Assembly: GCA_964657925.1 (NCBI GenBank)
Contig: CAZZWK010000020.1
Location: forward strand, 1,359 to 65,358
Direction: 5' to 3'
DNA: 64,000 bases
DNA from: an uncultured Dictyobacter sp.
GTDB lineage: Bacteria > Chloroflexota > Ktedonobacteria > Ktedonobacterales > Ktedonobacteraceae
The translations under genes and the position numbers were made by a program. The notes beneath the pieces were generated by a model. That model made no database searches. It saw nothing but the letters and a program-made list of their open reading frames with translations, and was not told where the DNA came from. This document shows, in pieces, positions 10,863 to 17,694 of the stretch. Within the stretch, counting starts at the first letter, position 1. Every line of letters begins with the position of its first letter.

Positions 10863-11026
10863 GGCAATTCTCCTCTTGGTTTTTGCTCTTCCATAGAAAG
10901 AAGCATGCTCCCAGACATCTATCGATTTCGATCTTTTGCTGTACTTCTGAGACCTGAATAGACGAACGTTCCCTTTTCCCTCGCTCTTGTCCAGGACTTG
11001 CAATAAACTGTCAATCGATAGAAGCT

Positions 11027-11074
11027 CCTGGGTATGTTACTATGTCGTCATAACGACATAGTAACATACCCAGG
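11027..11074. promoter_or_regulatory. Perfect 21-bp-arm inverted repeat (6-nt spacer) upstream of the ABC operon; candidate operator or hairpin
   Basis: Arms cctgggtatgttactatgtcg / cgacatagtaacatacccagg flank tcataa. The centre contains gtcgtcataacgac, related to 592..605 and to gtcgtcatgatgtg at 11111..11124. Confidence 0.5.
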
Positions 11075-11114
11075 AAGAGATTGTCAAGCTTTTCACATCA
11101 TATTCAATATGTCG

Positions 11115-11546
11115 TCATGATGTGAACAGTCTGGTGTGAATGGGGTGACAACAGCGACGGAAGAGCAGGCGCATGGGCAAGACCTGCAACTGCTTGCGGC
11201 GGGTGCTAATGGCTCCTTTGGTCGGGATCTGCGCTTCGGCTTGGGGCCAGACGTACAAGAGGCCAGCCGCTATCGTTCGCAGGACCTCCACCACGTTGCA
11301 GGAGGGAAACAGGGAAAGGGCCATGATCAGGGAGATGATGGTGGGCATGTTAAGGGCACGTTCACGCTGTTCCCAGTTCTCACACTCCGAGAGCATGCAT
11401 CCGATCGTCTCGGCTGGATAGCACTCTTGCAAGGCATGCAGCACCAGATGATGGTTCAACTTGTCATCAGCGGGAATTTGGCGTAGTCTAAAGGACATAA
11501 GGAGGTTCCTTTCATATGTGGTTTGTTCATTGTCATTGTATTTCAT
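11115..11546 (-). pseudogene. Remnant of an IS4-family transposase (N-terminal domain only; DDE catalytic domain missing)
   Basis: 143-aa ORF. RERALNMPTIISLIMALSLFPSCNVVEVLRTIAAGL...KGAISTRRKQLQVLPMRLLFRRCC fits the IS4 transposase N-terminal domain pattern. The ORF stops before any DDE domain. Confidence 0.55.
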
Positions 11547-11582
11547 ATGATTGGCCTCCTTTCTCTTTATTTAAACAGCATT

Positions 11583-11669
11583 GTCCCCTTGCGGGCACGT
11601 CTCTACAGCGTGCCAGCAAGCGGCGGACATTCTGGAGAATATGTCCTAGACATGTCCGCGCCCACACGG
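11583..11669. repeat. Composite GC-rich palindromic repeat element (REP-like), one of a family seen at five or more sites in this window
   Basis: gtccccttgcgggcacgtctctac matches 16578..16601 at 21 of 24 positions. gcggacattctgg (11623..11635) equals the reverse complement of 44145..44157. tccgcgcccaca (11655..11666) is identical to 22205..22216. Nested hairpins are present, e.g. cttgcgggcacg / cgtgccagcaag. Confidence 0.6.
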
Positions 11670-11689
11670 TTGATAAAGGAATAAAAAGC

Positions 11690-12559
11690 ATGGATCAACG
11701 AATGCAAGGTGAAAAAGTGGTGCTCGTGACCGGTGCCGCGAGCGGCATAGGAGAAGCATGTGTGCTTGACCTGGCGAAGAGCGGATTCCACGTCTTCGCC
11801 GGGGTGCGCCGCCCCGCAGATGGGGTGGCGCTGGCGCAAAAAGCACAGGGTCATGTGAGTTGGCTCCTACTCGATATCACAGACCCCTGGTCGATTGACG
11901 CCGCGGTGCAGCAGATACAAGCAACCGTAGAGACTGGCAACAGTCTTGCTGGCATCGTCAATAATGCGGGTATAGGTGGCATTGGCCCACTGGAGTTTCT
12001 TCCGCCAGACGATCTGCGCCAACTCCTGGAGGTCAACGTCGTCGGTTCGCTGACCGTCACCCAGGCATTCCTCCCACTCCTACGTCACAGCCATGGACGC
12101 ATCATCACGATTGGCTCCATCAGCGGCTGTCTGGTACTCCCTTTCAGCGGCGGCTATAGCGTCTCAAAATTCGCGCTTGAGGCGCTCATCGAAGAGTTGC
12201 GCATAGAATTACGACCCTGGCATCTCTGCGTTTCCATCATCGATCCCGGCGGCATCACCACTCCCATGTGGAGCAAAGCGGTGGCGGCTGTCGACCAGTT
12301 GACGCAGACGCTCCCACCTCAGGCGAAAACCTACTACGCCCCGCTATGGCCGCGCCTGCGTCAACTCGCCACACGCTGGTCGACCCACGGCACCCCGCCC
12401 TCGCGCGTCAGCCACGCCGTCCTCCACGCCCTCACCGCTCCCCATCCCAAATACCGTTATTTTGTTGGCAGACGCGCCAACCATCTCATGCGCCTACTCG
12501 CAGCGCTCCCACAACCGGTCAGAGCCATGCTTATCGCCAGCCAATTTCCTCATATATAA
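11690..12559 (+). CDS. Short-chain dehydrogenase/reductase (SDR)
   Basis: The ORF track starts at 11516. ATG 11690 gives MDQRMQGEKVVLVTGAASGIGEAC (the TGxxxGIG cofactor motif). The catalytic YSVSK motif is present. Confidence 0.85.
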   Translation: MDQRMQGEKVVLVTGAASGIGEACVLDLAKSGFHVFAGVRRPADGVALAQKAQGHVSWLLLDITDPWSIDAAVQQIQATVETGNSLAGIVNNAGIGGIGPLEFLPPDDLRQLLEVNVVGSLTVTQAFLPLLRHSHGRIITIGSISGCLVLPFSGGYSVSKFALEALIEELRIELRPWHLCVSIIDPGGITTPMWSKAVAAVDQLTQTLPPQAKTYYAPLWPRLRQLATRWSTHGTPPSRVSHAVLHALTAPHPKYRYFVGRRANHLMRLLAALPQPVRAMLIASQFPHI

Positions 12560-13182
12560 TGAGTATGCAATGCCTGCCAGGCCGCCGTCGCCATTCCCTT
12601 TTCGGCAGTCAGAAGTTGTTCTTGGAGTTCCTGCTGGGAAGGCGCAAGATATGATCCATAGGGAGCAAGTATAAGACGAACCAGATACATCGTTGGACCA
12701 AGCCAAAGTGCCAGACATTGCTCAAGTGGGAAAGGCTGGATGATTTCATTCATCATATGGGGCTGCAACCACTCATGTAGTCGCTGATGAAAATCTCTTT
12801 CTGATGCTTTCTCCTGCTCATCGGCTATCTCAATGATCTCTACTTCACGACGATACAATAAATAATATGTTTCCTGCGGATGCTTAACCGCCCAATGAAG
12901 GTAGGCACGGACAAGAGCTTCAACTCCTTCCCGCGCCTCTTGATACTGAGAAATCTCCTGAAGCAAACTTTGATAGAAATTCAACTGCGTTTCTACATAG
13001 AGATTCGCAGCGAGATCAAGTTTATTTTTGAAGAGGTAGTAGAAGCTGCCAACGCTTATACCTGAACCATGTAAGATGTCTTCTACCTTCGTTGCCGCAA
13101 GACCACGCTCGACAAACAACTGCATAGCGGTTTCACAAAGTGTACGACGGGTCGCGGCGAGTAAATCACTTCGGATGCCCAT
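12550..13182 (-). CDS. TetR-family transcriptional regulator
   Basis: 210 aa. The N-terminal HTH reads TLCETAMQLFVERGLAATKVEDILHGSGISVGSFYYLFKNKLDL. It is divergent from the hydrolase gene. Confidence 0.85.
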   Translation of the reverse strand: MGIRSDLLAATRRTLCETAMQLFVERGLAATKVEDILHGSGISVGSFYYLFKNKLDLAANLYVETQLNFYQSLLQEISQYQEAREGVEALVRAYLHWAVKHPQETYYLLYRREVEIIEIADEQEKASERDFHQRLHEWLQPHMMNEIIQPFPLEQCLALWLGPTMYLVRLILAPYGSYLAPSQQELQEQLLTAEKGMATAAWQALHTHYI

Positions 13183-13292
13183 TGTTTCTCCTGATGATAT
13201 CGATGCTCCTCAGAGTGAGAAGACTCCTTGATACTATAGCATAAAAGCAACCACGCTTCTAGAAGTATCCTCTAAAAGATAATGAAAAAACC

Positions 13293-13351
13293 TTGACATC
13301 TCTTCGATCAATCCGTATACTTGTAATTAGTATCTAGAAGAAATTTCTAGA
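13293..13351 (+). promoter_or_regulatory. Sigma70-like promoter plus palindromic operator for the hydrolase gene
   Basis: TTGACA (13293..13298), a 17-nt spacer, then TATACT (13316..13321). The palindrome tctagaa-gaaat-ttctaga (13333..13351) lies just downstream. A related palindrome cttctagaag lies at 13256..13265. Confidence 0.55.
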
Positions 13352-13424
13352 CGTTTATTTACTTGAGAGGGTATCCTTCTCAAGGTTTCACGTTCATGCT
13401 TTACACTTGACGAGGAGGTCACAC

Positions 13425-14381
13425 ATGAATATCACACAGACAATGGATTCCGAACTGAAAGCAACGTATGAACAATTCCCAGCTTTCCCTGTCCCCAAGA
13501 ATGCGAGTGATTATGCGGCTTTTCGGAAAATAGCAGAGGAATCGTTTATGTTCCTTGATGGGGTGAAGAATGATCATGTGGTCATCGAAGATCGAATTGG
13601 ACCACATGCTCCTGGGGCGATAGACGTTCCTGTCCGTATCTACACGCCACGTTCTCGCACTGGTCTTCTTCCTGGCTTGCTGTGGATGCATGGGAGTGGC
13701 TTCACGACTGGAACGCCGAAAATGGATGATGGTGTGCTGACTCGTATCGTTGAGGAAGTCGGGTGCGTCGTGGTCTCGGTCGATTATCGGCTGGCCCCGG
13801 AGCACGCCTTTCCATCGGCCACTGACGATTGCTATGCAGCCCTCGTTTGGCTCGCTACTCATGCCCAGGAATTAGGAGTGAATCGTGAGCACCTCGCGAT
13901 AGCAGGCCAGAGTGCAGGCGGTGGTATTTGTGCCGCAGTCGGTCTCATGGCACGTGACCGTGGCGAGGTGAGCCTCTCCTTTCAGATGCCTCTCTATGCA
14001 TGTCTCGACGACCGACATGTCACCTCTTCCAGCCATGCGATAACGGACCCACGAACCTGGAACCGAGAGTTGTCATTAAAAGCATGGGAAGTGTATTTGG
14101 GAAACCATCGCGAAGGCGACATTTCTCCCTATGCAGCCCCCATTCGCGCCACTGATCTTGCGGGTCTGCCTCCAACCTATATGATGATCGGCACACTCGA
14201 TTTGATGCGCGATGAGAACATAGAATACGCCAACCGCTTGATGCAGGCGGGCGTCCCCACTGAGTTACATGTCTATCCAGGGGCTTCTCATGGTTTTGAA
14301 CTCATGGTACCAAATGCGAGTGTCAGCAAACGAGCTGCCGACGAGTATGTCTCGGCTCTCAAACGAGCACTCAATCCGTAA
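13425..14381 (+). CDS. Alpha/beta hydrolase, hormone-sensitive-lipase-type esterase
   Basis: The ORF track starts at TTG 13407. ATG 13425 is preceded by GAGGAGG. It has the HGSGF oxyanion motif, the GQSAGG nucleophile elbow and a C-terminal HGF. Confidence 0.85.
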   Translation: MNITQTMDSELKATYEQFPAFPVPKNASDYAAFRKIAEESFMFLDGVKNDHVVIEDRIGPHAPGAIDVPVRIYTPRSRTGLLPGLLWMHGSGFTTGTPKMDDGVLTRIVEEVGCVVVSVDYRLAPEHAFPSATDDCYAALVWLATHAQELGVNREHLAIAGQSAGGGICAAVGLMARDRGEVSLSFQMPLYACLDDRHVTSSSHAITDPRTWNRELSLKAWEVYLGNHREGDISPYAAPIRATDLAGLPPTYMMIGTLDLMRDENIEYANRLMQAGVPTELHVYPGASHGFELMVPNASVSKRAADEYVSALKRALNP

Positions 14382-14412
14382 TAACAGCAAAATAGGAAAG
14401 ATACGTATCTGC

Positions 14413-14477
14413 TCGATTGCAACTCCCCACGGTGCCTTGACTTGGCAAGTCAAGGCACCGTGAGGAGTTGCAATCGA
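14413..14477. terminator. Bidirectional terminator: 32-bp stem (one mismatch) between convergent genes
   Basis: The stem is tcgattgcaactccccacggtgccttgacttg / caagtcaaggcaccgtgaggagttgcaatcga around a single central g. It lies between the esterase stop (14381) and the YcaO gene stop (14519). Confidence 0.65.
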
Positions 14478-14518
14478 CTCGCTACTTCCACAATATAAGC
14501 GCACAGAGATGCCTGCAT

Positions 14519-16549
14519 CTACGGAAAAGGATGAGGGACCACAGCAGCGCTATCCGGCACAAAATCCGTTTTACGGAACCCGGCGGTCCTGGGCACGGTG
14601 CGCAAACGCGGCAGGCTTAAAGCACGGTCTCGCCCCCAACCAAAATCTATCGGCAAAAGTCCAGGCACGATAACACAGGCCGTCTTCAACCCGCTGCTAG
14701 CCTGCTCAGGAGCCGTCTGATCTACAACGATCACATCCATACCTAGTCGCTGCATATGCTCGATACAAAAGAGCAGATCATCACGCAAATCGTAGCTTCG
14801 CGGGTGCTGCTCGTACCAGTCCCGATACGCCTCCTCTAACACGCGTACCGCTTGACCTTGAAAGAGAAAATCGATACGATCGCCCATCTCCGGTAGTGCA
14901 TACAGCGTCGCATGATCGGTCAATGTCGTTACTTTGCTATAATCCTGAACCATTGCCCGCAAATCCTCGACACGACCCTCGATACGCGCCCCAACATTGG
15001 AAACATAGGACGCAACCTCGCACAAAGCTCCCTGCAATGCGTCTTCCGGGTCCATTCCGCTACCAGCGGCCACAATCAGGTTCCCCAGGCCAGCCTCCTT
15101 CCGACGGGCGATAGCAACCATAGAAGGAATGCACACATCCATACGCGTATCGAAAAGATACAGGTCGTATCCCTGTCGCTCTATACGCTCAAGGGTGAAC
15201 AGGGTTTCGCGCCGCCTGGAACTGCGCGGGTCAATGCGCCCCGGTGCCAGTTGCGCGTACCACGTCAATAGAAAAGCATCGCGTTCGATCAGTTCCAACA
15301 ATCCATACAGTATCGCCTCCTCCATACAACTGCCCGTCGCACAACCATTGGAAGAATCTTGCACAAACTTTGCAGTATTGTTGCGCTGGCTCATATAATA
15401 CACCAGTTGCTCGGGCACCAGCAGGGCACGCTGGCCGCCAAATGAATACCCCCATACCCACGTCATCGCGCGCTCTGGGTCGAATGGCTGAAACATAGCC
15501 GTGTTTTTACGGTAAAATTCCTCAGGATACATACCACACGTGCGAGGGTCCAGGGCATCTGGTGCCAGGCGTTCGTAGCTATCGACAACATGCACGTGTT
15601 TCCCACGTGGGACGATACCACCATAACGCTCGATACCTTCCAGCAAACCCGCGTATAAACTCTGCTGATAACTATTGCCATGTCCACTCCACCAGACTTC
15701 GTAGACAACGGCATCGTTCCTTGCGCCAAACTGACCGGTAACCGGAGCTGTCAGCGTATTGTTCCATTCTGATAGCGCCACGCCACCAAGCATACCTGCA
15801 ACAGGATTGATCAACGCGGACAACGACAACGCATAGTCAGTAGCTCTGCTCAAACGATAGGCAGAGGGGTCCTTTTTCGGACGACTTTGTAAACACAGTA
15901 GCGCCCCTTGCGCGCTATCTACAAACGGTGTCGCACACATCGGGCAGGTTGAATCTCGCAACAGGTGATACCGGCTCACCCGCAACGACTCGCAGTTCAG
16001 CACATAAAAGCATCCTTGTTCCAACACAGGCGTGGTAGCAAGCAGATGAAAGATCCAGGTCAACAAAGAGCCAACCGCGTCCAGCACAAAAGACGGCATC
16101 TGCACACCGGTAGCGGGAACTAGCATCTGCCGTTTCCCGATAAAAGCTGTCTGCACTACCTGCGGGCGCGTGCTAAACCAGCGCCGTTCCAGGCAACAGG
16201 GGCACGCTGCATTAGCCTGGCCTGGATCGAAAAATGGTCCAAAGATGATTTGTGAACGATCGAGCCTGATCGGGTAGACAGGACAATCCTTCCAGTAACG
16301 CGTAGCCGCGTCCCCTTGTGGGCGCGCAGGGTCATCTCCCCGCATCGCATCTTTTGTCCCCAACACTCCTATATCAATCCATACTTGCTCCACCGGAAAA
16401 GCGAGTGCAGGTTTCTCCAGCTCAAAGAGCAATTGTTCCAGGTAGTGGTGGAGTAGATACGACTTCTCGTCTAGCGGCGAGTCGGAAGGTGTTACCACAC
16501 ATTGTATCCTATATTGCCCCAACACACGAGGAGACTCAACAGAAATCAT
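14519..16549 (-). CDS. Fused E1-like (cyclodehydratase C-type) / YcaO azoline-forming cyclodehydratase
   Basis: 676 aa. The N-terminal part has paired Cys motifs CPCCLERRW and CPMC, as in E1-like docking domains. The YcaO-type segments are GNSYQQSLYAGLLEGIERYGG, SSNGCATGSCMEEAILYGLLELIERDAF and GSGMDPEDALQGALCEV. The protein ends in PHPFP (nt 14522..14536), the PxPxP C-terminal motif of azoline-forming YcaOs. Confidence 0.85.
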   Translation of the reverse strand: MISVESPRVLGQYRIQCVVTPSDSPLDEKSYLLHHYLEQLLFELEKPALAFPVEQVWIDIGVLGTKDAMRGDDPARPQGDAATRYWKDCPVYPIRLDRSQIIFGPFFDPGQANAACPCCLERRWFSTRPQVVQTAFIGKRQMLVPATGVQMPSFVLDAVGSLLTWIFHLLATTPVLEQGCFYVLNCESLRVSRYHLLRDSTCPMCATPFVDSAQGALLCLQSRPKKDPSAYRLSRATDYALSLSALINPVAGMLGGVALSEWNNTLTAPVTGQFGARNDAVVYEVWWSGHGNSYQQSLYAGLLEGIERYGGIVPRGKHVHVVDSYERLAPDALDPRTCGMYPEEFYRKNTAMFQPFDPERAMTWVWGYSFGGQRALLVPEQLVYYMSQRNNTAKFVQDSSNGCATGSCMEEAILYGLLELIERDAFLLTWYAQLAPGRIDPRSSRRRETLFTLERIERQGYDLYLFDTRMDVCIPSMVAIARRKEAGLGNLIVAAGSGMDPEDALQGALCEVASYVSNVGARIEGRVEDLRAMVQDYSKVTTLTDHATLYALPEMGDRIDFLFQGQAVRVLEEAYRDWYEQHPRSYDLRDDLLFCIEHMQRLGMDVIVVDQTAPEQASSGLKTACVIVPGLLPIDFGWGRDRALSLPRLRTVPRTAGFRKTDFVPDSAAVVPHPFP

Positions 16550-16647
16550 AGCTCCACTCCTTACGACGCGTAACCGCGTCCCCTTGCGAGCGCATCTCTA
16601 CTTGCAACACGCCTACGCGTTCTCTGAACGCTGACGCTCGTCCTCGT

Positions 16648-17694
16648 TTAAACTGTCTCAAAATCCACCACACCTTTTGCAGCCATATTCTCCTCTAACG
16701 CCCTTCGCATCAAATATGCCAGATAGATCTCATCTGGAATCATTGTTCCCAGACGATTGTTGGTCATATGAATATAGCTTGATAGCAGCATTGTGTAGAC
16801 AAACGCTCGGTCATCAAAGGCCCTTGGCTGATAGTGCGTCAAACTGTTCTGAAAAATCAGTTTTCGCTCGCTGACAAGCGGGTCCAACCTTGCCTTGAGT
16901 TCACGCACATGCGCGGCCCATTCTTGCTCAAAGAAATTCAGCCTTCCCTGCCCTTCCTGTACGCTCGTCTTCTCTAAATGCTGCACGCGCCGCCGCAAGC
17001 TCGGTGCCATCCTCTCGAACTTTTTCTCACATTGAGCTGGGGTCGCGACGGCAGCTTCAGTATAGCGCTCCTTCCAAAATCGTTCGTAGCGGGCCAGAAA
17101 GGTGATCACCGCCTGCTCATCTTCCAGCAGGGCGAAACACAGGGGCAACGCGAGTTGCATGGAGAGACCAAGCATGATCGAACGCACATGCACGTTCGCG
17201 CTACCAATCAATTTGAAAATGAGGTCGCTCGATTTCTCAAAATGCCATTCGGCCACCTCCACGCCGTGGAGACCCCCATATCGCTCGTATTCGGCCTCGT
17301 AAGCAATAAAGTGCAGCGAGTTGTTGGGCCGAACAGGCATAGTATCGCGCTCTCCATACACCTGTCTCCATTTCTCCTGGCTGTATTCCGTGATGAACAT
17401 GCGTTTATAAAAATCCGCCAGGCGCTCACCCTCGGAGGTATAAAGCGATGGGTGCTGCTTCAGATACGCGGCTATGCTTTCTTGAGCCAATGCCTTTACT
17501 TCTTCCGCGACACCCGCCTCAGGCAGCAGTCTGAGCCGTATATGCGGCCCCTCTTGCCAGTATCTGATGAAAAAATAACGTTGAATGAGTTTTCGCCTGC
17601 GACAGACATCAATCAAGGGCGCAATGGCTTCTAGCAGCAACGGCTCCGGACTGCCAGCATAGAAAATATGCATACTGATCCACTGTTCACTCAT
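16648..17694 (-). CDS. Thiopeptide-type/LanB C-terminal-like (SpaB_C) protein: glutamate-elimination enzyme or [4+2] pyridine synthase
   Basis: MSEQWISMHIFYAGSPEPLLLEAIAPLIDVCRRRKLIQRYFFIRYWQEGPHIRLRL and the C-terminal SYIHMTNNRLG are hallmark patterns of this family. ATG 17694 overlaps the upstream stop as ATGAGTGA. The ORF track start at 17730 is less likely. Confidence 0.8.
   Translation of the reverse strand: MSEQWISMHIFYAGSPEPLLLEAIAPLIDVCRRRKLIQRYFFIRYWQEGPHIRLRLLPEAGVAEEVKALAQESIAAYLKQHPSLYTSEGERLADFYKRMFITEYSQEKWRQVYGERDTMPVRPNNSLHFIAYEAEYERYGGLHGVEVAEWHFEKSSDLIFKLIGSANVHVRSIMLGLSMQLALPLCFALLEDEQAVITFLARYERFWKERYTEAAVATPAQCEKKFERMAPSLRRRVQHLEKTSVQEGQGRLNFFEQEWAAHVRELKARLDPLVSERKLIFQNSLTHYQPRAFDDRAFVYTMLLSSYIHMTNNRLGTMIPDEIYLAYLMRRALEENMAAKGVVDFETV

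Noticed and set aside
13425-14381. Alpha/beta hydrolase as a tailoring enzyme of the adjacent RiPP cluster (thiopeptide clusters sometimes encode such hydrolases)
   Set aside because: It is convergent to the cluster and separated from it by a 32-bp-stem terminator. It also has its own near-consensus promoter, operator dyads and a divergent TetR repressor, so it is more likely an independent module. This is not excluded experimentally.
16550-16647. Possible second small precursor ORF (MRSQGDAVTRRKEWSYDFC) between the SpaB_C-like gene and the YcaO gene
   Set aside because: It is 19 aa with no Cys/Ser/Thr-rich core and overlaps the SD and start of the YcaO gene. It is generated by the GC-rich repeat copy B, so it is most likely non-coding.
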